This document shows, piece by piece, positions 48,174 to 60,100 of a stretch of DNA of 64,000 nucleotides (positions are counted from its first letter, which is position 1; each line of letters opens with the position of its first letter). Location: the NCBI GenBank assembly GCA_950097015.1, contig CATNEN010000025.1:6820001-6884000 (forward strand), written 5' to 3'. This DNA comes from Macrostomum hystrix. Its lineage: Eukaryota; Animalia; Platyhelminthes. Below the pieces are notes generated by a model that saw only the letters and a program-made list of their open reading frames with translations, had not been told where the DNA came from and ran no database searches. The translations under genes and the position numbers were made by a program.

Positions 48174-48412
48174 TCACTCCGCCTCCGAGTGCAGCAGAGG
48201 AGCGGCCTGCGCATCTAACGCGCACTGGTGAGCGGGACTGGCAGTCTGAGACAGCTTGCTGCTCCGACGATGGCGGCTGCGCAGCATGGCGTGGAGCAGA
48301 CAGCAGCCTGGAACCAGACTGACAGCCTGCAGAGACAGCCACAGCACCAGCGGCCAGTGGCGGCGACAATCCGACAGATTCGACTGGCTCGATAGCAGGG
48401 CCACGGATACTG
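48174..48412 (-). CDS. TP53I11: TP53I11 homologue, last coding exon (hydrophobic segments and basic tail)
   Basis: Acceptor ATCTGCAG at 48413 (tandem CAGCAG), phase 1; same frame as track ORF 48174-48404. Confidence 0.8.
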
Positions 48413-48425
48413 CTGCAGATTTGAA

Positions 48426-48741
48426 AGTCAGTCAGTCAGTCAGTCAGTCAGTCAGTCAGTCAGTCAGTCAGTCAGTCAGTCAGTCAGTCAGTCAGTCAGT
48501 CAGTCAGTCAGTCAGTCAGTCAGTCAGTCAGTCAGTCAGTCAGTCAGTCAGTCAGTCAGTCAGTCAGTCAGTCAGTCAGTCAGTCAGTCAGTCAGTCAGT
48601 CAGTCAGTCAGTCAGTCAGTCAGTCAGTCAGTCAGTCAGTCAGTCAGTCAGTCAGTCAGTCAGTCAGTCAGTCAGTCAGTCAGTCAGTCAGTCAGTCAGT
48701 CAGTCAGTCAGTCAGTCAGTCAGTCAGTCAGTCAGTCAGTC
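48426..48741. repeat. (CAGT)n microsatellite, ~78 units, filling the last TP53I11 intron
   Basis: Read directly. Confidence 0.98.
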
Positions 48742-48745
48742 TTAC

Positions 48746-48847
48746 CAGCAAGCTGCATGACGCAGTGGCCCAATGCACACAGCAATGAGAACTGTGCTAC
48801 CTCCCTGTCCTGCGATTGCCAAGCCATCCAGTAGCCAAGCGAAATGC
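48746..48847 (-). CDS. TP53I11: TP53I11 homologue coding exon 4 (SISLGYWMAWQSQDREVAQFSLLCALGHCVMQLA)
   Basis: AG/GTAAGA boundaries, phase 1/1; resembles human [23 protein letters not shown]...VQF (recalled). Confidence 0.85.
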
Positions 48848-48937
48848 CTAATTTCACAGATTAGGGAAGACTTTTCACACTAGAGAATGAATTCTAGAAT
48901 AATTAGACACTTAAACGCGAAATTTAAGGATCTTAAC

Positions 48938-49016
48938 TAAACAGACAGCCTCCGTAGAGCCTGACTGGCAATCGCTGGCTGGGACACTGCAGCATCAGGT
49001 CTGGTTCGATGATGGT
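48938..49016 (-). CDS. TP53I11: TP53I11 homologue coding exon 3 (TIIEPDLMLQCPSQRLPVRLYGGCLF)
   Basis: Acceptor TATTTCTAG, donor A|GTTAAG; PVRLYGG resembles human PIRLYGG. Confidence 0.87.
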
Positions 49017-49123
49017 CTAGAAATAGATAAACCAAGATTTGATTAACGCAATTAAATTGGCAGTGTAGTTGAGTTTGCATCAAATTCGAGAATTTAGTTT
49101 ATAGAAAATTGGCCACAACCTAC

Positions 49124-49325
49124 AGCCAAGCCCACGCAGGAATATACGCTGGCCATTAACAGCTGCCACTCCTTGGCGCCGCGAGGTAGTCTGGCGTACA
49201 GCTGGTCGCTGTGTCCGAGAATCTGGCTCAGCTTGGACCGGTGAACGTCGCCGTCGTCGGTCTCGCCGACGCCGAGCAGTTTGCGGGTCTTCAACCGGCT
49301 GTGAAGATCACCGCTGCTCTGCTTT
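49124..49325 (-). CDS. TP53I11: TP53I11 homologue coding exon 2 with the family signature
   Basis: KQSSGDLHSRLKTRKLLGVGETDDGDVHRSKLSQILG against human [38 protein letters not shown] (recalled); acceptor CGCACAG, donor GCT|GTAGGT. Confidence 0.92.
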
Positions 49326-49351
49326 CTGTGCGATAAGTGAATTTAGGGGGT

Positions 49352-49650
49352 TGGGGTTTGCGCGCACCCAATGAGAGAAGGAGTGAGGTGGTGGAAAGGG
49401 GTGGGGTTTACGCGTAGCCAATGAGAGAAGTAGTGAGGTGGTGGAAAGGGTGGGGTTTGCGTGAAGCCGATCAGATAAGGAGTGAGGTGGTGGAAATATG
49501 AATGTACATTATAGGAGTGAAATGCACGCATAAAATAAATTTGGGGATGGTGTACTATGCCGCCAGCCAATAGCTAAAAAGGAGGGAGTTGGATAGGCCC
49601 AGGGCAGATAGCTTAGGATTAATGTAAATTACATCGAGGCTTGCGATTGG
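49352..49650. promoter_or_regulatory. CCAAT-box cluster including a 3 x ~50-bp tandem repeat, inside TP53I11 coding intron 1
   Basis: CCAAT at 49368 and 49418, CCGAT at 49467, CCAAT ~49567, ATTGG ~49646; GGGGTGGGG boxes. Motif evidence only. Confidence 0.4.
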
Positions 49651-49699
49651 ACAGAGTTGGAGGGTACGAGTAGATTATCCGTAGATTAAACAATCCTAC

Positions 49700-49734
49700 C
49701 TTTCTCTATTCACAGATCCCTGAGATTCGTCCAT
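49700..49734 (-). CDS. TP53I11: TP53I11 homologue coding exon 1 (MDESQGSVNRE); join(49734..49700,49325..49124,49016..48938,48847..48746,48412..48174) = 218 aa
   Basis: ATG with an upstream in-frame TAA; donor AAG|GTAGGA, phase 2, matches the next exon; upstream acceptor ATTACAG at 49788. Confidence 0.65.
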
Positions 49735-50559
49735 CGTGCCGATGTTCTGTCTTCTGGATGTCCAATCGGATTAAAGATAACGAGTGCCTGTAATATTTTT
49801 ATTTTGCTCAATTTGACTTTTTTAACGAATAAAACACTACGATCGTATAAATTAACTAAGAATGGTTCATTCTTCGACACATTGTTGTTTATGACATTTT
49901 ATTAGCTCAGAATCTATAGAATTTGTTAGGGTATGTAGCGTAGATGTAGATAATACACTGGACGCATTTATTATTAAAGTGTGCTGAACACTTAAAGATC
50001 AATGCATGCAGGGCTAATATGGAGGGTCTGGCTTTGACAGGAGTGTTTCGGGCCAATTTATTTATTTTACGCTTCTTTACACTGGGTTATGGTAGAGAGA
50101 CCTTGTTTACAGACTCGACCATAGGATTACCTGTTAATCCCGAATGTCTACTTTTTTATGCACTGTTTCTTTGCTTTCCGCAACTCAGTTAAGATAATCC
50201 ATAGTTTGTAATAAGGATCCTGCCTAACGAAATAAAATAAAAACTAGCTAACGGAGAATGTACTCGAGAATAACAAAATGTACTCCAAAGGGATTATAGT
50301 GAGAAAATTGAATTTTTTAATCTTTGCTCAGTTGTGCCAAAAATTCATTTAGAGCATTGATTGTTACATTAACTGACTGATTGATTGATTGATTGATTGA
50401 TTGATTTATATATTGATTGACAGACTGACTAAGCGCCTCTAAAAGCATGGTGCTTTGCGTTTAGCTATACATCCGACTACCTTTGAGCCTGAATGCCAAA
50501 TAGGACTTGGCTACGGTGAGAATAAAGTCCAAGATTTTCCAAGGAAAACACAAAAATTA

Positions 50560-53174
50560 CACTCCTCAGTTCCCCAGCCTCACACTCCTCAGTTCCCCAG
50601 CCTCACACTCCTCAGTTCCCTAGCCTCACACTCCTCAGTTCCCTAGCCTCACACTCCACAGTTCCCTAGCCTCAAACTCCTCAGTTCCCTAGCCTCACAC
50701 TCCACAGTTCCCCAGCCTCACACTCCTCAGTTCCCCAGCCTCACACTCCTCAGTTCCCTAGCCTCACACTCCTCAGTTCCCCAGCCTCACACTCCTCAGT
50801 TCCCCAGCCTCATACACCTCAGTTCCCCAGCCTCACACTCCTCAGTTCCCTAGCCTCACACTCCTCAGTTCCCCAGCCTCACACTCCTCAGTTCCCTAGC
50901 CTCACACTCCTCAGTTCCCTAGCCTCACACTCCTCAGTTCCCCAGCATCACACTCCTCAGTTCCCCAGCCTCACACTCCTCAGTTCCCCAGCATCACACT
51001 CCTCAGTTCACCAGCCTCATACCTCAGTTCCCCAGCCTCATACACCTCAGTTCCCCAGCCTCACACTCCTCAGTTCCCCAGCATCACACTCCTCAGTTCA
51101 CCAGCCTCATACCTCAGTTCCCCAGCCTCATACACCTCAGTTCCCCAGACTCACACTCCTCAGTTCCCCAGCCTCACTCCTCAGTTCCCCAGCCTCACAC
51201 CTCAGTTCCCTAGCCTCACACTCCTCAATTCCCAAGCCTCACACCCCTCTGTTCCCCAGCCTCACACTCCTCAGTTCCCAAGCCTCACACTCCTTAGTTC
51301 ACCAGCCTCACACTCCTCAGTTCCCCAGCCTCACACTCCTCAGTTCCCCAGACTCATACACCTCAGTTCCCCAGCCTCACACTCCTCAGTTCCCAAGCCT
51401 CACACTCCTTAGTTACCTATAGCCTCACACTCCTTAGTTCACCAGCCTCACACTCCTTAGTTCACCAGCCTCACACTCCTCAGTTCCCCAGCCTCACACT
51501 CCTCAGTTCCCCAGACTCATACACCTCAGTTCCCCAGCCTCACACTCCTCAGTTCCCCAGCCTCACACCCCTCTGTTCCCCAGCCTCACACTCCTCAGTT
51601 CCCAAGCCTCACACTCCTTAGTTCCCCAGCCTCACACTCCTCAGTTCCCCAGCCTCACACTCCTCAGTTCCCCAGCCTCACACTCCTTAGTTCACCAGCC
51701 CCACACTCCTCAGTTACCTATAGCCTCACACTCCTTAGTTCACCAGCCTCACACTCCTCAGTTCCCCAGCCTCACACTCCTCAGTTACCCAGCCTCACAC
51801 TCCTCAGTTACCCAGCCTCACACTCCTCAGTTCCCCAGCCTCACACTCCTCAGTTCCCCAGCCTCACACTCCTCAGTTACCCAGCCTCACACTCCTCAGT
51901 TCCCCAGCCTCATACACCTCAGTTCCCCAGCCTCACACTCCTTAGTTCCCCAGCCTCACACTCCTTAGTTACCTATAGCCTCACACTCCTTAGTTCACCG
52001 GCCTCACACTCCTCAGTTCCCCAGCCTCACACTCCTCAGTTCCCCAGACTCATACACCTCAGTTCCCCAGCCTCACACTCCTCAGTTCCCCAGCCTCACA
52101 CTCCTCAGTTACCCAGCCTCACACTCCTCAGTTACCTATAGCCTCACACTCCTCAGTTCCCCAGCCTCACACTCCTCAGTTACCCAGCCTCACACTCCTT
52201 AGTTCCCCAGCCTCACACTCCTCAGTTACCCAGCCTCACACTCCTCAGTTACCTATAGCCTCACACTCCTCAGTTCCCCAGCCTCACACTCCTCAGTTAC
52301 CCAGCCTCACACTCCTCAGTTACCCAGCCTCACACTCCTCAGTTAACTATAGCCTCACACTCCTCAGTTCCCTAGCCTCACACTCCTCAGTTACCCAGCC
52401 TCACACTCCTCAGTTCCCCAGCCTCATACACCTCAGTTCCCCAGCCTCACACTCCTTAGTTCCCCAGCCTCACACTCCTTAGTTCCCCAGCCCCACACTC
52501 CTCAGTTACCTATAGCCTCACACTCCTTAGTTCACCAGCCTCACACTCCTCAGTTCCCCAGCCTCACACTCCTCAGTTACCCAGCCTCACACTCCTCAGT
52601 TACCCAGCCTCACACTCCTCAGTTCCCCAGCCTCACACTCCTCAGTTAACTATAGCCTCACACTCCTCAGTTCCCCAGCCTCACACTCCTCAGTTACCCA
52701 GCCTCACACTCCTCAGTTCCCCAGCCTCATACACCTCAGTTCACCAGCCCCACACTCCTCAGTTCACCAGCCTCACACTCCTTAGTTCACCAGCCTCACA
52801 CTCCTTAGTTCACCAGCCCCACAGTCCTCAGTTCACCAGCCTCACACTCCTCAGTTCCCCAGCCCCACAGTCCTCAGTTAACCAGCCTCACACTCCTTAG
52901 TTCACCAGCCCCACAGTCCTCAGTTCACCAGCCTCACACTCCTTAGTTCACCAGCCCCACAGTCCTCAGTTCACCAGCCTCACACTCCTTAGTTCACCAG
53001 CCTCACACTCCTTAGTTCACCAGCCCCACAGTCCTCAGTTCACCAGCCTCACACTCCTTAGTTCACCAGCCTCACACTCCTTAGTTCACCAGCCCCACAG
53101 TCCTCAGTTCACCAGCCTCACACTCCTCAGTTCCCCAGCCCCACAGTCCTCAGTTCACCAGCCTCACACTCCTC
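50560..53174. repeat. 23-bp minisatellite (CCTCACACTCCTCAGTTCCCCAG), C-rich on +
   Basis: About 113 units with many variants. Confidence 0.96.
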
Positions 53175-54194
53175 TAACCTTCTAGCTTAATATTTTTGTT
53201 TAATGTGTCGTGTGTTGCAGTATATATTTCAAATCTTTGCCAATAAATTTAGGTAAAGGAAAAAGCCTCTTAAGGTTTCTTTTTGCGAAGTCAAGTATTT
53301 TTTCTTAGAGCTGCATGTTTCGGCAAAATGTTTTCCAAAATGTAGTAAATAAATGTGTTGAATTGGCTAGAAACTTACTTTTCTAGCCTTCCTCGCGACC
53401 CCAGGAAATGACCTACAATATCGATGCGGGATATATAATCCTATTTGTGAAAAAGTATATGCTTTTCTCTTTAGGATTTACTGCCTTAACAAAATCACTG
53501 CCATTATATAGCCAGGCAAAAATACTGAAATACACGCACCAACCAATGTCTCGGGCTGGAAAATTCCGTCCGCTCAAGGGATGTGGCTCAGCTCGAAAAG
53601 GGAATTATTTCCAAGGGAAGGGATCAGGACTGCTTTTTAGCTAGGGAATTCTATCCGGCCTCGAGCCAACCAAACCCAGCCAGCCTGTCGTCTCCTCTTT
53701 GGCCCGCGAATTTCTTTTTCTCTCTCTCTCACCGCCTAGCTCGATACGCTTGGCCGGATCGCCATGATGCTCCAGCAATCCCCCTTTTCCCCTTTCTAAT
53801 CCCACCTGGATTTTTTGCTGTTTCGTCCCAATCTACATTTCATTTCAAAAGACGGATGCGGACTGTTCAATTGAATATAATAGTGACGTCTTGGCACCCA
53901 TTGCATGAACCGATTTTGTTCAGGCATAGCAGTATGGGAGAAAAGCTAAATTAAAATTATTTTTATGTCTGAATTGCGTGACACTGGGATAGCAAGTACT
54001 AGGCGACTTTAACTGATTCTTCGCATTTCCCATGCGGATCAGAACAGATCAGCTTATAGAACACGCAGAATCGTTCAATAATTAACGACTCGAATTATGG
54101 ATCTCTATGTTAGCTTAAAAAGCAGACTGCTCAATTAAAATTAGCCCTGAGAAGTTGCTGTCTGAAAGAAAGGAAAATTGCACAAAAAGTGAGC

Positions 54195-57100
54195 TGTGAG
54201 GCTGGGGAACTGAGGTGTATGAGGCTGGGGAACTGAGGAGTGTGAGGCTGGGGAACTGAGGAGTGTGAGGCTGGGGAACTGAGGCGTATGAGGCTGGGGA
54301 ACTGAGGAGTGTGAGGCTGGGGAACTGAGGCGTATGAGGCTGGGGAACTGAGGAGTGTGAGGCTGGGGAACTGAGGTGTATGAGGCTGGGGAACTGAGGA
54401 GTGTGAGGCTGGGGAACTGAGGAGTGTGAGGCTGGGGAACTGAGGAGTGTGAGGCTGGGGAACTGAGGAGTGTGAGGAGTGTAAGGCTGGGGAACTGAGG
54501 AGTGTGAGGCTAGAGAACTGAGAAGTGTGAGGCTGGGAAACTGAGGAGTGTGAGGCTGGGGAACTGAGGAGTGTGAGGCTGGGGAACTGAGGAGTGTGAG
54601 GCTGGGGAACTGAGGAGTGTGAGGCTAGGGAACTGAGGAGTGTGAGGCTGGGGAACTGAGGTGTATGAGGCTAGGGAACTGAGGAGTGTGAGACTGGGGA
54701 ACGAAGGAGTGTGAGGCTAGGGAACTGAGGAGTGTGAGGCTGGGGAACTGAGGAGTGTGAGGCTGGGGAACTGAGGTGTATGAGGCTGGGGAACTGAGGA
54801 GTGTGAGGCTGGGGAACTGAGGAGTGTGAGGCTGGGGAACTGAGGAGTGTGAGGCTGGGGAACTGAGGAGTGTGAGGAGTGTAAGGCTGGGGAACTGAGG
54901 AGTGTGAGGCTAGAGAACTGAGAAGTGTGAGGCTGGGAAACTGAGGAGTGTGAGGCTAGGGAACTGAGGAGTGTGAGGCTGGGGAACTGAGGAGTGTGAG
55001 GCTGGGGAACTGAGGAGTGTGAGGCTAGGGAACTGAGGAGTGTGAGGCTGGGGAACTGAGGTGTATGAGGCTAGGGAACTGAGGAGTGTGAGACTGGGGA
55101 ACTAAGGAGTGTGAGGCTAGGGAACTGAGGAGTGTGAGGCTGGGGAACTGAGGAGTGTGAGGCTGGGGAACTGAGGAGTGTGAGGCTGGGGAACTGAGGC
55201 GTATGAGGCTGGGGAACTGAGGAGTGTGAGGCTGGGGAACTGAGGTGTATGAGGCTGGGGAACTGAGGAGTGTGAGGCTAGGGAACTGAGGAGTGTGAGG
55301 CTGGGGAACTGAGGAGTGTGAGGCTGGGGAACTGAGGAGTGTGAGGAGTGTAAGGCTGGGGAACTGAGGAGTGTGAGGCTAGAGAACTGAGAAGTGTGAG
55401 GCTGGGAAACTGAGGAGTGTGAGGCTAGGGAACTGAGGAGTGTGAGGCTGGGGAACTGAGGAGTGTGAGGCTGGGGAACTGAGGAGTGTGAGGCTAGGGA
55501 ACTGAGGAGTGTGAGGCTGGGGAACTGAGGTGTATGAGGCTAGGGAACTGAGGAGTGTGAGACTGGGGAACTAAGGAGTGTGAGGCTAGGGAACTGAGGA
55601 GTGTGAGGCTGGGGAACTGAGGAGTGTGAGACTGGGGAACTAAGGAGTGTGAGGCTGGGGAACTGAGGAGTGTGAGACTGGGGAACTGAGGAGTGTGAGG
55701 CTAGGGAACTAAGGAGTGTGAGGCTAGGGAACTGAGGAGTGTGAGACTGGGGAACTGAGGAGTGTGAGGCTAGGGAACTGAGGAGTGTGAGGCTGGGGAA
55801 CTAAGGAGTGTGAGGCTAGGGAACTGAGGAGTGTGAGACTGGGGAACTGAGGAGTGTGAGACTGGGGAACTAAGGAGTGTGAGACTGGGGAACTGAGGAG
55901 TGTGAGGCTAGGGAACTGAGGAGTGTGAGACTGGGGAACTAAGGAGTGTGAGGCTAGGGAACTGAGGAGTGTGAGACTGGGGAACTAAGGAGTGTGAGGC
56001 TAGGGAACTGAGGAGTGTGAGGCTAGGGAACTGAGGAGTGTGAGGAGTGTGAGGCTGGGAACTGAGGAGTGTGAGGCTAGGGAACTGAGGAGTGAGGCTA
56101 GGGAACTGAGGAGTGTGAGGAGTGTGAGGCTGGGGAACTGAGGAGTGTGAGGCTGGGGAACTGAGGCGTATGAGGCTGGGGAACTGAGGAGTGTGAGGCT
56201 GGGGAACTGAGGTGTATGAGGCTGGGGAACTGAGGAGTGTGAGGCTGGGGAACTGAGGCGTATGAGGCTGGGGAACTGAGGAGTGTGAGGCCGGGGAACT
56301 GAGGCGTATGAGGCTGGGGAACTGAGGAGTGTGAGGCTGGGGAACTGAGGTGTATGAGGCTGGGGAACTGAGGAGTGTGAGGCTGGGGAACTGAGGAGTG
56401 TGAGGCTAGAGAACTGAGAAGTGTGAGGCTGGGAAACTGAGGAGTGTGAGGCTAGGGAACTGAGGAGTGTGAGGCTGGGGAACTGAGGAGTGTGAGGCTG
56501 GGGAACTGAGGAGTGTGAGGCTAGGGAACTGAGGAGTGTGAGGCTGGGGAACTGAGGTGTATGAGGCTAGGGAACTGAGGAGTGTGAGACTGGGGAACTA
56601 AGGAGTGTGAGGCTAGGGAATTGAGGAGTGTGAGGCTGGGGAACTGAGGAGTGTGAGACTGGGGAACTAAGGAGTGTGAGGCTGGGGAACTGAGGAGTGT
56701 GAGACTGGGGAACTGAGGAGTGTGAGGCTAGGGAACTAAGGAGTGTGAGGCTGGGGAACTGAGGAGTGTGAGGCTGGGGAACTGAGGAGTGTGAGGCTGG
56801 GGAACTGAGGAGTGTGAGGCTGGGGAACTGAGGAGTGTGAGGCTGGGGAACTGAGGAGTGTGAGGCTGGGGAACTGAGGAGTGTGAGGCTGGGGAACTGA
56901 GGAGTGTGAGACTGGGGAACTAAGGAGTGTGAGGCTAGGGAACTGAGGAGTGTGAGGCTGGGGAACTGAGGAGTGTGAGGCTGGGGAACTGAGGAGTGTG
57001 AGGAGTGTAAGGCTGGGGAACTGAGGAGTGTGAGGCTAGAGAACTGAGAAGTGTGAGGCTGGGAAACTGAGGAGTGTGAGGCTAGGGAACTGAGGAGTGT

Positions 57101-60100
57101 GAGGCTGGGGAACTGAGGAGTGTGAGGCTGGGAAACTGAGGAGTGTGAGGCTAGGGAACTGAGGAGTGTGAGGCTGGGGAACTGAGGTGTATGAGGCTAG
57201 GGAACTGAGGAGTGTGAGACTGGGGAACTAAGGAGTGTGAGGCTAGGGAACTGAGGAGTGTGAGGCTGGGGAACTGAGGAGTGTGAGACTGGGGAACTAA
57301 GGAGTGTGAGGCTGGGGAACTGAGGAGTGTGAGACTGGGGAACTGAGGAGTGTGAGGCTAGGGAACTAAGGAGTGTGAGGCTAGGGAACTGAGGAGTGTG
57401 AGGCTAGGGAACTGAGGAGTGTGAGGCTGGGGAACTAAGGAGTGTGAGGCTAGGGAACTGAGGAGTGTGAGACTGGGGAACGAAGGAGTGTGAGGCTAGG
57501 GAACTGAGGAGTGTGAGACTGGGGAACTAAGGAGTGTGAGGCTAGGGAACTGAGGAGTGTGAGGCTAGGGAACTGAGGAGTGTGAGGAGTGTGAGGCTGG
57601 GAACTGAGGAGTGTGAGGCTAGGGAACTGAGGAGTGAGGCTAGGGAACTGAGGAGTGTGAGGAGTGTGAGGCTGGGGAACTGAGGAGTGTGAGGCTGGGG
57701 AACTGAGGCGTATGAGGCTGGGGAACTGAGGAGTGTGAGGCTGGGGAACTGAGGTGTATGAGGCTGGGGAACTGAGGAGTGTGAGGCTGGGGAACTGAGG
57801 CGTATGAGGCTGGGGAACTGAGGAGTGTGAGGCTGGGGAACTGAGGTGTATGAGGCTAGGGAACTGAGGAGTGTGAGACTGGGGAACTGAGGAGTGTGAG
57901 GCTAGGGAACTGAGGAGTGTGAGGCTGGGGAACTGAGGAGTGTGAGGCTGGGGAACTGAGGAGTGTGAGGCTGGGGAACTGAGGCGTATGAGGCTGGGGA
58001 ACTGAGGAGTGTGAGGCTAGGGAACTGAGGAGTGTGAGGCTGGGGAACTGAGGAGTGTGAGGCTGGGGAACTGAGGAGTGTGAGGCTGGGGAACTGAGGC
58101 GTATGAGGCTGGGGAACTGAGGAGTGTGAGGCTGGGGAACTGAGGTGTATGAGGCTGGGGAACTGAGGAGTGTGAGGCTAGAGAACTGAGAAGTGTGAGG
58201 CTGGGAAACTGAGGAGTGTGAGGCTAGGGAACTGAGGAGTGTGAGGCTGGGGAACTGAGGAGTGTGAGGCTGGGGAACTGAGGAGTGTGAGGAGTGTAAG
58301 GCTGGGGAACTGAGGAGTGTGAGGCTAGAGAACTGAGAAGTGTGAGGCTGGGAAACTGAGGAGTGTGAGGCTAGGGAACTGAGGAGTGTGAGGCTGGGGA
58401 ACTGAGGAGTGTGAGGCTGGGGAACTGAGGAGTGTGAGGCTAGGGAACTGAGGAGTGTGAGGCTGGGGAACTGAGGTGTATGAGGCTAGGGAACTGAGGA
58501 GTGTGAGACTGGGGAACTAAGGAGTGTGAGGCTAGGGAACTGAGGAGTGTGAGGCTGGGGAACTGAGGAGTGTGAGACTGGGGAACTAAGGAGTGTGAGG
58601 CTAGGGAACTAAGGAGTGTGAGGCTAGGGAACTGAGGAGTGTGAGACTGGGGAACTGAGGAGTGTGAGGCTAGGGAACTGAGGAGTGTGAGGCTGGGGAA
58701 CTAAGGAGTGTGAGGCTAGGGAACTGAGGAGTGTGAGACTGGGGAACTGAGGAGTGTGAGACTGGGGAACTAAGGAGTGTGAGACTGGGGAACTGAGGAG
58801 TGTGAGGCTAGGGAACTGAGGAGTGTGAGACTGGGGAACTAAGGAGTGTGAGGCTAGGGAACTGAGGAGTGTGAGACTGGGGAACTAAGGAGTGTGAGGC
58901 TAGGGAACTGAGGAGTGTGAGGCTAGGGAACTGAGGAGTGTGAGGAGTGTGAGGCTGGGAACTGAGGAGTGTGAGGCTAGGGAACTGAGGAGTGAGGCTA
59001 GGGAACTGAGGAGTGTGAGGAGTGTGAGGCTGGGGAACTGAGGAGTGTGAGGCTGGGGAACTGAGGCGTATGAGGCTGGGGAACTGAGGAGTGTGAGGCT
59101 GGGGAACTGAGGAGTGTGAGGCTGGGGAACTGAGGCGTATGAGGCTGGGGAACTGAGGAGTGTGAGGCTGGGGAACTGAGGCGTATGAGGCTGGGGAACT
59201 GAGGAGTGTGAGGCTGGGGAACTGAGGTGTATGAGGCTGGGGAACTGAGGAGTGTGAGGCTGGGGAACTGAGGAGTGTGAGGCTGGGGAACTGAGGAGTG
59301 TGAGGCTGGGGAACTGAGGAGTGTGAGGAGTGTAAGGCTGGGGAACTGAGGAGTGTGAGGCTAGAGAACTGAGAAGTGTGAGGCTGGGAAACTGAGGAGT
59401 GTGAGGCTGGGGAACTGAGGAGTGTGAGGCTGGGGAACTGAGGAGTGTGAGGCTGGGGAACTGAGGAGTGTGAGGCTAGGGAACTGAGGAGTGTGAGGCT
59501 GGGGAACTGAGGTGTATGAGGCTAGGGAACTGAGGAGTGTGAGACTGGGGAACGAAGGAGTGTGAGGCTAGGGAACTGAGGAGTGTGAGGCTGGGGAACT
59601 GAGGAGTGTGAGGCTGGGGAACTGAGGTGTATGAGGCTGGGGAACTGAGGAGTGTGAGGCTGGGGAACTGAGGAGTGTGAGGCTGGGGAACTGAGGAGTG
59701 TGAGGCTGGGGAACTGAGGAGTGTGAGGAGTGTAAGGCTGGGGAACTGAGGAGTGTGAGGCTAGAGAACTGAGAAGTGTGAGGCTGGGAAACTGAGGAGT
59801 GTGAGGCTAGGGAACTGAGGAGTGTGAGGCTGGGGAACTGAGGAGTGTGAGGCTGGGGAACTGAGGAGTGTGAGGCTAGGGAACTGAGGAGTGTGAGGCT
59901 GGGGAACTGAGGTGTATGAGGCTAGGGAACTGAGGAGTGTGAGACTGGGGAACTAAGGAGTGTGAGGCTAGGGAACTGAGGAGTGTGAGGCTGGGGAACT
60001 GAGGAGTGTGAGGCTGGGGAACTGAGGAGTGTGAGGCTGGGGAACTGAGGCGTATGAGGCTGGGGAACTGAGGAGTGTGAGGCTGGGGAACTGAGGTGTA

